Positions 18,663 through 28,260 of a stretch of DNA of 64,000 nt are shown here, piece by piece (the first letter of the stretch is position 1; every line of letters starts with the position of its first letter). The stretch lies in assembly GCA_963790025.1 (NCBI GenBank), contig CAWBMP010000004.1, forward strand, positions 32,001-96,000, in the 5' to 3' direction. Source of the DNA: Nitrospirota bacterium (GTDB lineage: Bacteria > Nitrospirota > Thermodesulfovibrionia > Thermodesulfovibrionales > Dissulfurispiraceae). Below the pieces are notes generated by a model. It ran no database searches and was not told where the DNA came from. It saw only the letters and a list, made by a program, of their open reading frames with translations. A program made the translations under genes and the position numbers.

Positions 18663-19213
18663 TATTTTAAGCCTTCTTTAAGGGTTATTGCATATTTGGG
18701 GTGCTCAAAGGGGTGTATTGCAGGAAACTTTTCGTACAGCCATCCCTTGAATATGCTTTTCCCTCCCTCAAAAATCTCTATCCGCACTGCAGGATTAGTG
18801 AGTTCGTTACTTCCGGATGTAATGCTGTTCTCGGTCATCTTAAAGTCAGGCAGAAAATCGCCTACAGCTATTTTAAGGTCGCTGTTAGGGAGCTTAAAAT
18901 CGGATTTCAGGTTTACAATATATTCAACTGTCTTTTTTGATACCTTGTCCCCTACAACCAGTATCACCTTACTCCACTTTCCTTTTACGGAATCCGGAAC
19001 AACAATGGTTTTTTCGACCTTTGGGGCCGCTCCGGCACTATCACCGTGAGGCGACATCAAAGGCTGAGCAGGCATCTGGCCCATCGGTGTCTGAAGAGGA
19101 ACAGCGGGAATCTGTTCAGCTTTCGGTACCGGCTGCTCTTCCTTTTTTTTGCACCCTGTGATCAAACCCGTAATCACAAATATGATCAGCACGATAAAAA
19201 CAAACCTTTTCAT
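18662..19213 (-). CDS. DUF2155-like lipoprotein
   Basis: Lipobox ITGC; NPAVRIEI...FKGWLYEKFPAIHPFEHPKY. Confidence 0.7.
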   Translation of the reverse strand: MKRFVFIVLIIFVITGLITGCKKKEEQPVPKAEQIPAVPLQTPMGQMPAQPLMSPHGDSAGAAPKVEKTIVVPDSVKGKWSKVILVVGDKVSKKTVEYIVNLKSDFKLPNSDLKIAVGDFLPDFKMTENSITSGSNELTNPAVRIEIFEGGKSIFKGWLYEKFPAIHPFEHPKYAITLKEGLK

Positions 19214-19230
19214 ACATTTACCTCCATTAA

Positions 19231-19311
19231 AAAGCTAAGTGATAAGAGTCTCCAGCCCAGAGCTAAAAGATATTTCTTTTGCTCTTAGCTCTTGGCTCCG
19301 GTCCCTTAGCT
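19231..19311. repeat. Palindromic heptamer micro-repeat (AGCTAAG / CTTAGCT)
   Basis: aagctaagtgataagag...agagctaaaaga ... tcttttgctcttagctcttggct...cttagctt. Confidence 0.65.
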
Positions 19312-19324
19312 TGCCTTATTTAAC

Positions 19325-19417
19325 TGGCGGAGAGGCAGGGATTCGAACCCTGGGTGGGGTTTGACCCCCACAACCGCTTAGCAGGCGGCTGCCTTCGACC
19401 GGCTCGGCCACCTCTCC
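19325..19417 (-). tRNA. tRNA-Ser(GCT)
   Basis: GGAGAGG acceptor stem, anticodon loop CT-GCT-AA, long variable arm, GGTTCGAATCC, encoded CCA. Confidence 0.97.
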
Positions 19418-19505
19418 ATTAAGTTAGATATTAATATTATCAATTAAAGCACGGAATTGTAAACCTTTTATGCGGCAACTTTTTCCGGTAAGCTATAATT
19501 AACGG

Positions 19506-20900
19506 ATGGATATTATTGCGAAAGTGAAGAATACCATATTGAAGTATTCCATGCTGGCGCCAGGGGACGGTGTCCTCGTCGGGCTTTCCGGTGGACCGGA
19601 TTCCGTCTGTCTTCTGGCAATACTCAGCCGCCTGAGAGGGCACTTTAAGATTAATTTATTTGCCGAATATATAGATCATGGGCTAAGGCCGGACGAGACG
19701 CCGGATGAAGCCGCTTTTTGCGCGCAACTATGCGATTCATTGAATATTCCCTTTTCGGTGAAAGCAGTCGACGTCAAATCGTTCTCTAAAATGCACAGGG
19801 TGAACAAACAAGAGGCCGCCAGGGAATTGAGGTATAATGCTCTTTCCGATACGGCCCAGGTTGTGGGAGCTCACAAGATTGCACTTGGTCATACTGCCGA
19901 TGACCAGGCGGAGACCGTTATCATGCGGCTCGTAAGAGGAGCGGGGACTTTAGGGCTTTCAGGCATACCTCCAGTCAGAAAGAGAATAATGAGGCCTCTT
20001 ATCGGCACAGAAAGAAAAGAAATTGAACTCTTTCTGGACGCTGAACAAATTGGCTTCATTATCGATTCATCCAACCGTGGAGACAAATATATGAGAAACA
20101 AGGTCAGACACACGGTAATGCCGGCATTAAGAGATTTGGGCGTTGATGCGGTCATGACTATATCGAGGACAGCGGATATTTTCAGGGAAGAGGAAAACTA
20201 CCTTGAGTTGCAGGTAAGCAAAACCCTTATGAGATCAATAGGCAGAAAGACTGCCACAGCTATTGAATTGTTCTATTTGCCTTTGGAAAAAATGGACCGT
20301 GCGATAGTAAGGAGAATTCTCAGAAGAGCAGTGGGTGCAGTGGAAGGGCTCCGTGGGATAGCCTTTATACATATCGAAGCATTGCTTGAACTGGTGAAAT
20401 CGGGTCATGCCGGTGACAGGATATCCCTGCCCCGCGGGATACGGGCGATAAAAGGATACTCTACCCTTACCATCACCTCCGATCTGCCTGCGGCCCTCAA
20501 AACATATACCCTGGAAGGTCCAGGAGAGCTTGTGATTAAAGAGGCAGCTGTAGTGCTTGTATGCACACCTCTTGATAACTTTGACGCAGCGGAGAAAACC
20601 GCTTGCTGTGATGGCAGGAAGAAAGCAGTGTTTGATGCCGCCAAAGTGCATTTTCCCTTTTATGTCCGTTCACGGAAACCTGGAGACTATTTTTATCCCT
20701 CCGGGTTCGGGAAAAAGAAAAAACTTCAGGACTATTTTGTTGACGAGAAAGTGCCGAGAGATGAGCGGGATGGCATACCCCTGCTGCTCAGCGATAACGA
20801 GATTTTATGGATAATCGGATACCGTACCGACGAGCGGTACCGGATTGATAAAAGTACTGTAAAGGGATTAGAATTTGAGATAAAAGCATTAAATGCATAA
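19506..20900 (+). CDS. tilS: tRNA(Ile)-lysidine synthetase
   Basis: SGGPDS, DHGLR, ARELRY, GHTADDQAET, TilS C-terminal domain. Confidence 0.96.
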   Translation: MDIIAKVKNTILKYSMLAPGDGVLVGLSGGPDSVCLLAILSRLRGHFKINLFAEYIDHGLRPDETPDEAAFCAQLCDSLNIPFSVKAVDVKSFSKMHRVNKQEAARELRYNALSDTAQVVGAHKIALGHTADDQAETVIMRLVRGAGTLGLSGIPPVRKRIMRPLIGTERKEIELFLDAEQIGFIIDSSNRGDKYMRNKVRHTVMPALRDLGVDAVMTISRTADIFREEENYLELQVSKTLMRSIGRKTATAIELFYLPLEKMDRAIVRRILRRAVGAVEGLRGIAFIHIEALLELVKSGHAGDRISLPRGIRAIKGYSTLTITSDLPAALKTYTLEGPGELVIKEAAVVLVCTPLDNFDAAEKTACCDGRKKAVFDAAKVHFPFYVRSRKPGDYFYPSGFGKKKKLQDYFVDEKVPRDERDGIPLLLSDNEILWIIGYRTDERYRIDKSTVKGLEFEIKALNA

Positions 20901-20930
20901 TGCTTTAAATATATAATCCGGAGGAAATAC

Positions 20931-22391
20931 GTGCGACACAGATTACTTTCAGCGAATACACTTCATAAGACTTTAACAGGGTGCGTTGCATCCCTGCTTT
21001 TATTGCTGTCCTTGTGTCTTGTGCTGCCTGTTCCGGTGAGGGCGGACATTTCGGACAAGGAAGCTACGGAGCTGCTCTCAAAATTCGGGGATGCCATGGC
21101 GAAAGTGGCGGAAAGGGTGACCCCGGCAGTTGTTAATATTTCAACAACCAGAACATTTAAAGCTCCCAGGAACCCTTTTGCCGAAGACCCCTTTTTCAAG
21201 CGATTTTTCGGTGAAATCCCCCAGGGTGAACAAAAGAGAAAGGCCACGAGCCTCGGTTCAGGATTCATAGCAAAAGCAGACGGGTATATAATTACAAACA
21301 ACCATGTTATTGAAGGCGCTGAGGACATTCTTGTGAAACTCGCCGATGACAGGGAGTACAAGGGCAAAGTTGTAGGCATCGATTCACGGACTGATGTTGC
21401 CGTTATCAAGATAAATGAGAAAAACCTCCCCGTTATTCCCTGGGGAGACTCCGATAAATTAAAAGTGGGCGAAGTAATACTCGCAATCGGCAACCCCTAT
21501 GGCCTCAGCCATACCATTACCATGGGAATTATAAGCGCTCTCGGCAGGGTTGGAATGGGCCTCAGCGATTATGAAGATTTCATACAGACCGATGCGGCGA
21601 TAAACCCCGGCAATTCCGGGGGCCCGCTGGTGAATGTAAGGGGTGAAGTGATAGGCGTCACTAACGCAATATTCAGCACGAGCGGCGGCTATCAGGGGAT
21701 AGGGTTTGCGATACCTTCAAATATGGTAAAAAATGTGATGGACAGCATAATCAGCCAGGGGAAAGTGGTGCGCGGCTGGCTCGGCGTGCAGATACAGCCG
21801 CTCACACCCGAACTTGCGGCACAATTCAAATTAAAAGATGATAACGGTGTTCTGCTCGTCGATACTGTTGAGGCCGGGCCTGCAGACAAAAGCGGTCTGA
21901 AAAGGGGTGATGTTATTGTTGAATACGACGGCAAAAAGATCAACGACCCCTTCCATTTCAAAAACATGGTAGCTGAAACAAAACCCGGCAAATCTGTGTC
22001 TCTCACGATAATGAGGGACGGTAGCCTGCTGAAAAAGATTGTCACTATCGGTGAGCTGCCGGGAGAGTCGAAGGTTTTGCCACCAGTCGAGACCGACAAT
22101 GCATTAAAGGGAGTGTCGGTGCAGGAAGTCACCGACGAATATCGTCAAAAAATGGGCGTTACGGAGAGGGAAAAAGGCGTAGTCGTCAGCAATATTACTG
22201 AGAACAGCCCTGCCCTCGGTATCCTGACAAAAGGAGATATCATCCTTGAAGTTAACAGAACGCCGGTGATCAACACGAATGCATATAATAAAATTGTATC
22301 CGGCATTGAGGTCAATCACAACGTCCTGGTTCTGATAGTCAGAGGCGGCGTACGACAGTACATAACTATACCGGGAAAAGGGGCAAAATAA
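20931..22391 (+). CDS. Do/DegQ-family serine endoprotease, two PDZ domains
   Basis: TNNHVI, DVAVIK, INPGNSGGPL; two PDZ domains. Confidence 0.95.
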   Translation: MRHRLLSANTLHKTLTGCVASLLLLLSLCLVLPVPVRADISDKEATELLSKFGDAMAKVAERVTPAVVNISTTRTFKAPRNPFAEDPFFKRFFGEIPQGEQKRKATSLGSGFIAKADGYIITNNHVIEGAEDILVKLADDREYKGKVVGIDSRTDVAVIKINEKNLPVIPWGDSDKLKVGEVILAIGNPYGLSHTITMGIISALGRVGMGLSDYEDFIQTDAAINPGNSGGPLVNVRGEVIGVTNAIFSTSGGYQGIGFAIPSNMVKNVMDSIISQGKVVRGWLGVQIQPLTPELAAQFKLKDDNGVLLVDTVEAGPADKSGLKRGDVIVEYDGKKINDPFHFKNMVAETKPGKSVSLTIMRDGSLLKKIVTIGELPGESKVLPPVETDNALKGVSVQEVTDEYRQKMGVTEREKGVVVSNITENSPALGILTKGDIILEVNRTPVINTNAYNKIVSGIEVNHNVLVLIVRGGVRQYITIPGKGAK

Positions 22392-22402
22392 ATAGTTCAA
22401 AG

Positions 22403-23539
22403 TTAACTTTCAATTTCACTTAATATTCTTACCATTACTTCGGTGCTCAGAACAAGACCTTTTGTGGTAAGACGAAGATAATCGTCTTTGCTTTCGATAA
22501 GACCGTGGTGCATGAGGTCAGCCACGGCCTTGCTTTTTAGCAACCTCTCGCTTTCAGGCAGCAGGCGGATATCGGTCCCCTCTGTCTTTCTTAGGCCAAG
22601 GAATATCATTTCCTTAAATGCATCCTTTTCCCCAATAATGATTTCCTCGTCAACAGGCATGATTGCACTTTTTATTAATTGCATATAGCTGTCAAGATGA
22701 CGTATGTTGCCTGTTCGTCTGCCTTTAATAAAAGAGTGAGCGCCGGCACCGACACCCAGGTATTCACCCCGGTCCCAATAGTTCAGATTATGAACACATT
22801 CATGTCCTGGTTTCGCAAAATTCGATATTTCGTAATGAACATAGCCGTGCTCCTTCATCATTTCCAGCGCGGCATAATACATTTCAGTGACAAGCACTTC
22901 GTCGGGCAATTGATAAACGCCTGTCGCCAGCCTGGCATGAAGGAGCGTACTTTCTTCCGGCGTAAGTTCATAGGCCGATACATGTTCGGGAGAAAGCTCA
23001 AGCGCCCTGCTCATCGTATTTTGCCATATATCGATACTCTGACCGGGGATGCCGTATATCAAGTCAAGAGAGATATTGTCAAAACCAGCCTTTCTTGCAC
23101 CCCTTATCGCTGTATATGCATCCTCAACGCTATGACTTCTGCCCAGGGTGCGAAGCTCCTGGTCCGAAAACGATTGCATGCCGATACTAACACGGTTGAT
23201 TCCGGTTTCCCTTAAAGCGGCCAGTTGTCCTTCGGAAATCGTGCCGGGATTCGCCTCAATAGTGATTTCGGCCCCTGAAGCTATAGAAAATATCTCTTTT
23301 GCATTGGATAGAATGGCCATTACCTGTTTCGCAGAAAGAAGCGTCGGCGTGCCGCCCCCCAGATAGACCGTCCTGAGATTGCCCGCGCTACTCTCCCTTA
23401 ATTTCATTTCTCTCAAAAGAGAGCTCACGTATTCTGCAATCGCATCAACGCCGGAACTACCGATAGGAACAGAGTAAAAATCGCAATAATCGCATTTAGC
23501 AATGCAGAAAGGGACATGGATATAAAGGTATTTGACCAT
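22403..23539 (-). CDS. hemW: Radical SAM heme chaperone HemW
   Basis: YIHVPFCxxKCxYCDF, HYEISNFA, HNLNYW. Confidence 0.93.
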   Translation of the reverse strand: MVKYLYIHVPFCIAKCDYCDFYSVPIGSSGVDAIAEYVSSLLREMKLRESSAGNLRTVYLGGGTPTLLSAKQVMAILSNAKEIFSIASGAEITIEANPGTISEGQLAALRETGINRVSIGMQSFSDQELRTLGRSHSVEDAYTAIRGARKAGFDNISLDLIYGIPGQSIDIWQNTMSRALELSPEHVSAYELTPEESTLLHARLATGVYQLPDEVLVTEMYYAALEMMKEHGYVHYEISNFAKPGHECVHNLNYWDRGEYLGVGAGAHSFIKGRRTGNIRHLDSYMQLIKSAIMPVDEEIIIGEKDAFKEMIFLGLRKTEGTDIRLLPESERLLKSKAVADLMHHGLIESKDDYLRLTTKGLVLSTEVMVRILSEIES

Positions 23540-23655
23540 AAGATATCGTCGATAAATTATAACAGAAAAGATGCAAAGTACGGCTCGTTTTACTCTTAGG
23601 AGGTCTTGAAAGTCCGACAGGCCCGCAGCAGTTTGTATTATGATGTTGCGCTCTC

Positions 23656-24462
23656 TTAAGCGAGAAGATTGAGTATCTGACCGTTTTGCTGGTTTGCCTG
23701 ATTCAGGACGTAAATCGATGCTTGCAGCCTCACTTTGTCTGCCATCTGCTTGGATGCCTCGGATGCAAGATCGGCGTCGCTTATCTGCGAATAGGCGCTT
23801 GCGGTGTTTACGGCACTATTTGAGAGGCTTTCAGCTGTCGAGCTGAGTCCGTTCTCAGCAGCCCCTATGTTGGACTGTTGTGATGAAATTGCATCTATTG
23901 CGTTTGCCACGGAGGAGATCGCCGATTCTGACTGTGCCTGCGTCTCCGTACCGGCGCCTGACAAGCCCAGGTTTCCGTTGGTGATGTTTCCCGTTGGCAC
24001 GGTGCTCTGGTCTCCCGCACCGGTTCCCGACTGGATGCCTATCGATGATGCGCTTCCGTCCAGGATTGAGATTCCGTTAAATGAAGTATTCTGTGCAATA
24101 TCGCCAACCGCAGCGTTCAGCTGCTGGAATTGGGTGTCGATGTCGTTCAAGTCGGAGGACGTAAGGATGCCGTCTCCCCCCTCCACCGCCAGAGTGCTCA
24201 TGGCCTGCAGGTCATTGCCGGCGTCCGACATTCCTCCAGATGCAGTCTCCAGCATATTCATCCCGTCTGCAACGTTGTTTTCCGCCTGCTGGCTGCCGTT
24301 AAGTTGTGATAAGAGACTTTGTGCTATGGAATAGTCGGCCGAGTTGTCTGAGGCATCGTTGAGCTGGCTGCCAGTGCAAAGTCTTTGAAGAGGCTGAGTA
24401 AGCAGATTGTAGGCGTTGCTTATAGAATTCACTGAATCACCGTTATTTGTAATGCTGATCAT
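23656..24462 (-). CDS. Flagellin-like protein (short, divergent, orphan)
   Basis: RLCTGSQLN, NVADG, NTSFNG, IQSG, IGAAENGL, ISDADLASE, LNLL correspond to flagellin N- and C-terminal helices. Confidence 0.85.
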   Translation of the reverse strand: MISITNNGDSVNSISNAYNLLTQPLQRLCTGSQLNDASDNSADYSIAQSLLSQLNGSQQAENNVADGMNMLETASGGMSDAGNDLQAMSTLAVEGGDGILTSSDLNDIDTQFQQLNAAVGDIAQNTSFNGISILDGSASSIGIQSGTGAGDQSTVPTGNITNGNLGLSGAGTETQAQSESAISSVANAIDAISSQQSNIGAAENGLSSTAESLSNSAVNTASAYSQISDADLASEASKQMADKVRLQASIYVLNQANQQNGQILNLLA

Positions 24463-24468
24463 GCTGTT

Positions 24469-24524
24469 AGGTTACAACATTAAAAATTATTTGTCAAGTA
24501 AAAAATGCACAGTAAAAAATGCAC
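24469..24524 (-). promoter_or_regulatory. Sigma70-like promoter with adjacent 14-bp tandem direct repeat
   Basis: TTGACA-17-TAACCT-6-ATG; agtaaaaaatgcac x2 at 24497-24524 abuts the -35. Confidence 0.6.
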
Positions 24525-24764
24525 GTTTTTCTGAAACAGGTAATAATTCCGATAACATACTAAATTAATAGTATTTTTCTAAATTAAATAGGCTGTCCAC
24601 GGAACAAGAGCTGAGCCTGATGCTGGGCTTATCCCGGAAGGGGAGGAAATTCTTGCCGTTGCAGGCACAGGCAGGGGCTCCGATACAGTGCTGGGGATAA
24701 AATCAGCAGTGTCGAAACGGTTTTTTGATCTCAGCGTACTTGAAGTGCCGGCAAAACCGAGAGG

Positions 24765-25853
24765 TTAGTTAATATACCCTTCGACGAGGATATCTTCTCC
24801 GATCTTTCTTACACGCATATCGCTGACGCGGTAAGAGTCTTCAAGTTGCCTGAAGACACTGCCTCCGATTGCGGTAAACGAATGCCTGCCGCCCATTATC
24901 TTTGGAGCAATAAAGAACGCCACTTTATCAACAATGCCGTCTTGTAGTGCATAAGCTCCCAGAGAAGGGCCGCCTTCTATCATGACTGATGTAAAGCCGC
25001 GTCTGCCTAATTCCCCCATGAGCCACTGAAGGTCCACACGCTCTCCTATATACTCAATAACTTCCACACCCTTATCGAGAAGCATCCGCCTTTTTAACAG
25101 CAGTTCTGCTGACTGACGGTCATCAGCCGCGGCCTTCTTTGTGACAAGTATAGTTTTAGGTGGAAGTCTGAAAATATGGTAGTCCAGCGGAGTTTCGAGA
25201 TGGGGATCTATGACGATTCTTTCAGGCTGGCGCACTCTGACAGCAGTCCTCGCAGTAAGGCGGGGGTTGTCGGCCTTAACGGTACCGACAGCTGTAAGCA
25301 CAGCATCCGATCTGCTCCTCATACGGTGGACAAGACGCCTTGATTGCTCGCCGGTTATCCATTTAGAGTGTCTCTCGGGGGTTGCAATCTTTCCGTCGAG
25401 GGTCATGGCAACTTTCAAAGTGACAAAAGGGTTACCTGTAGTGATATATTTTACATACGTCTCATTGAGTCTTTGCGCTTCGTGCTTTAAAAGTCCCTCA
25501 CTGACTTCTATCCCATGCCGTCTCAGTTCAAGTATCCCTTTGCCGGATACTTTCGGATTTGGATCTTCCATGCCGACAATGACCCGCCCGATGTTTGCAT
25601 CTATTATAGATTTTGTGCACGGAGGCGTCTTTTTATCGAGATGGCAGCAGGGCTCCAGTGTCACATAGAGGGTAGAGCCTTTAGCCTTATCACCCGCCTT
25701 GAGAATTGCCAATGCTTCAGCATGGAGCTTTCCAGCCTTCCTATGGTAGTCCTCTGCAATAACACGGCCGTTTTTTACTAATACAGCCCCGACCATCGGG
25801 TTAGGTCTTGTCATGCCTCTGGCCCGTGCTGCGAGCCGCAAGGCCCGCCTCAT
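24765..25853 (-). CDS. ribD: Riboflavin biosynthesis deaminase/reductase RibD (start uncertain)
   Basis: PNPMVGAV, HAE, TLEPCCH...TPPC, TLDGKIA, EGG. Confidence 0.95.
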   Translation of the reverse strand: MRRALRLAARARGMTRPNPMVGAVLVKNGRVIAEDYHRKAGKLHAEALAILKAGDKAKGSTLYVTLEPCCHLDKKTPPCTKSIIDANIGRVIVGMEDPNPKVSGKGILELRRHGIEVSEGLLKHEAQRLNETYVKYITTGNPFVTLKVAMTLDGKIATPERHSKWITGEQSRRLVHRMRSRSDAVLTAVGTVKADNPRLTARTAVRVRQPERIVIDPHLETPLDYHIFRLPPKTILVTKKAAADDRQSAELLLKRRMLLDKGVEVIEYIGERVDLQWLMGELGRRGFTSVMIEGGPSLGAYALQDGIVDKVAFFIAPKIMGGRHSFTAIGGSVFRQLEDSYRVSDMRVRKIGEDILVEGYIN

Positions 25854-25870
25854 GAAGATTTTATCCTTGT

Positions 25871-27334
25871 CTAAAATCCGTACTCCTTCCATCGGCCATC
25901 GACCAACCGTTTTACTTCCTCGGTCATAAACAGCTCTTGCGGCCACTCCCTCATCATGCCCTCTTCCCTTGTTTTTCTTGTTGCATCAACGCCCATTTTT
26001 GATCCGTATCGTGGCCAGTTGGCAGCATGGTCAAGGTCGTCAAGCGGACCGTCCGCTATAACAACGTCCCGTTTCCAGTCCACATTATTAAGGACGCGCC
26101 ACGCAGTATATGAAATATCCTGAACATCCACATCATCATCAACGATAACGAGGAGTTTTGCAAACATCATCTGGCCCTTGCCCCATAGTCCGTGAATTAT
26201 CTTCTTGGCATGTCCGGGGTAGCTCTTTTTGATAGAAATCAATGCTGCGTTATGAAAAACTCCTTCCATAGGAAGGTTAAGATCTTTGATTTCGGGAAAG
26301 TCGAGCTTTATAAGAGGCAGAAAAATGCGTTCCGTCGCTTTGCCCATATAACAATCTTCCATAGGGGGCTTCCCGACTATAGTGGCAGGGTACACCATAT
26401 CTCTTCTGTGAGTAATGCAGTCTACATGGAACACCGGATAGTCGTCAGCCGCCGAGTAGAAACCGGTATGGTCGCCGAAGGGTCCTTCGATACGCATTTC
26501 TCCGGGCTGAAGATGCCCCTCTATCACCATTTCACTGTTCGCAGGCACCTCTATATCGGAAGTTATGCATTTCACCATCTCTACCGGGGACCTGCGCAGA
26601 AAGCCCGCAAAAAGCATCTCATCAACGGATTCGGGAAGCGGCGCGCTCGCTGAATATATCACTGCCGGGTCGCTGCCGACGGCAATAGCGGCAGGCATCT
26701 TCTGCTCGGAATCCTTATACCGGTCATAGTGGCGAGCCCCGTCCTTATGAATGTGCCAATGCATGCCGGTGGTGGCTTTGTCATATACATGTATGCGGTA
26801 CATGCCGCAATTCTGACGACCTGTCCGGGGGTCTCTTGTGAAAACCATCGGAAGCGTTATAAACCGCCCCTCATCGGTGGGCTGTCCGTCACCGGGCCAG
26901 CACTTGATTATGGGGAATTTGCTCAAGTCCGGATTGTCTTTTTCCACAATCTCCTGGCATGCTGCGCTTCTTACCGTCTTGGGAAGATACTGTGAGAATT
27001 CCAGGAGTTTAGGCAGCATTGACAGCTTTTCAATCAATGTCTTCGGGGGCGCCTGATTAAGCATCTCTTCGATACGAGCGGCGACATCATCGAGTTTTTT
27101 TACTTCAAGGGCAAGGCACATACGCTCAAAAGAACCGAATAGATTGGTAGCTACAGGATATGGCGAGCCTTTTACTTTTTCAAAATAAAGCGCCTTTCCT
27201 CCATTCGGGCCCTTGCACATCCTGTCGGTAATCTCGGTTATTTCAAGAACAGGATCGACCTCGACCTTTATCCTATGGAGAAGTCCTTTTGTTTCCAGGA
27301 GCCTGATAAAGTCTCTTAAATCATTAAATGCCAT
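25871..27334 (-). CDS. UbiD-family decarboxylase (menaquinone futalosine-pathway type)
   Basis: EGPFGDHTGFY, GKPPMED, YPGHAKK, GSKMGVDAT. Confidence 0.9.
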   Translation of the reverse strand: MAFNDLRDFIRLLETKGLLHRIKVEVDPVLEITEITDRMCKGPNGGKALYFEKVKGSPYPVATNLFGSFERMCLALEVKKLDDVAARIEEMLNQAPPKTLIEKLSMLPKLLEFSQYLPKTVRSAACQEIVEKDNPDLSKFPIIKCWPGDGQPTDEGRFITLPMVFTRDPRTGRQNCGMYRIHVYDKATTGMHWHIHKDGARHYDRYKDSEQKMPAAIAVGSDPAVIYSASAPLPESVDEMLFAGFLRRSPVEMVKCITSDIEVPANSEMVIEGHLQPGEMRIEGPFGDHTGFYSAADDYPVFHVDCITHRRDMVYPATIVGKPPMEDCYMGKATERIFLPLIKLDFPEIKDLNLPMEGVFHNAALISIKKSYPGHAKKIIHGLWGKGQMMFAKLLVIVDDDVDVQDISYTAWRVLNNVDWKRDVVIADGPLDDLDHAANWPRYGSKMGVDATRKTREEGMMREWPQELFMTEEVKRLVDGRWKEYGF

Positions 27335-27345
27335 TTAAATAAAAC

Positions 27346-27484
27346 AGGCAAAGGCAGAGGTAAAGGTAAAGTAAAGTCAAAACACAAATAGAATTTATCT
27401 TTCTCTTTACATTTATTTTGCATCTTTGCCTGCATTTCCTTCCTTTTTACTTTTCTTTATTATTTATATCTATACCTTTGCCTG
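27346..27484. repeat. Palindromic hexamer micro-repeat (AGGYAA / TTRCCT)
   Basis: aggcaaaggcagaggtaaaggtaaag ... ctttgcctgc ... tatacctttgcct. Confidence 0.75.
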
Positions 27485-27488
27485 TATT

Positions 27489-27902
27489 TTACAGTATTTC
27501 CAGAGCCGAAAAGAAGTAAGGTATTTCGAAAGCTGCGGATTCCGTAGAATCAGAGCCATGCACAATGTTCCTTTCGACACTCTCAGCAAAGTCTTTCCTG
27601 ATGGTCCCCGGCAAGGCATTTGCAGGATTTGTCGCTCCCATAATTTCCCTGTTTTTTGCAATGGCGTTTTCACCTTCGAGCACGATCACGACGATCGGCC
27701 CCTCCGACATGAATTCGGTCAGGCTATCGTAGAACGGCCTTTCCTTGTGGACAATATAAAACCCCTCTGCTCCGCCTTTTGTCAGCTTGATCTTTTTCAT
27801 AGCGGCGACCCCCAGGCCGTTTTTCTCGAACCTCCCGATGATCTCACCGATAATATTTTTTTTCACTCCGTCAGGCTTGATGATAGACAGCGTCCTCTCC
27901 AT
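27489..27902 (-). CDS. ndk: Nucleoside diphosphate kinase
   Basis: [23 protein letters not shown]. Confidence 0.97.
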   Translation of the reverse strand: MERTLSIIKPDGVKKNIIGEIIGRFEKNGLGVAAMKKIKLTKGGAEGFYIVHKERPFYDSLTEFMSEGPIVVIVLEGENAIAKNREIMGATNPANALPGTIRKDFAESVERNIVHGSDSTESAAFEIPYFFSALEIL

Positions 27903-27913
27903 TTACATCCTCC

Positions 27914-28150
27914 TTAAAACCCACAGATATTGAACGGGCTTTTTATTTTAATTCTCACCTGCTCACCTTCCTGCTCTATCGTATAAGTGCATTTAAAGGA
28001 GCGGACATAGTATTCAAACATTTTCAGCTCCCTGGGATGGTTGTCGATCAGCACCTCGACATCTTCATACACCGCGCAAAGCCCGGCAAGGTGCTTCTTG
28101 AATTCTTTAAGGTGTTCGGGGTGCTCCCTGCCTCTCGCATCAATAAGCAT
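27914..28150 (-). CDS. Small protein with TusA/SirA-like pattern
   Basis: LIDARGREHP...VEVLID resembles TusA (DxRGxxCP) but has no Cys at that position. Confidence 0.5.
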   Translation of the reverse strand: MLIDARGREHPEHLKEFKKHLAGLCAVYEDVEVLIDNHPRELKMFEYYVRSFKCTYTIEQEGEQVRIKIKSPFNICGF

Positions 28151-28159
28151 AACGTCAAA

Positions 28160-28260
28160 ACGCGCACAGCATACAGCGTACAGCGTTCGGCGCCAAAGGA
28201 TAAGTGTTCATTATAAATTTGTTCATGTCTTTAACGCTGAACGCTCAACGCTGTAAGCGT
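28160..28260. repeat. Palindromic heptamer micro-repeat (CAGCGTA / AACGCTG)
   Basis: cagcatacagcgtacagcgttcggcg ... aacgctgaacgctcaacgctgtaagcgt; right arm encodes the FabD tail. Confidence 0.75.

Noticed and set aside
19325..19417. tRNA-Sec or an integration site
   Set aside because: Anticodon is GCT (Ser); no duplicated 3' end or integrase nearby.
24548..24555. Sigma28 -10 (TCCGATAA) near the flagellin
   Set aside because: Wrong strand for the flagellin and no TAAA at 15-bp spacing.
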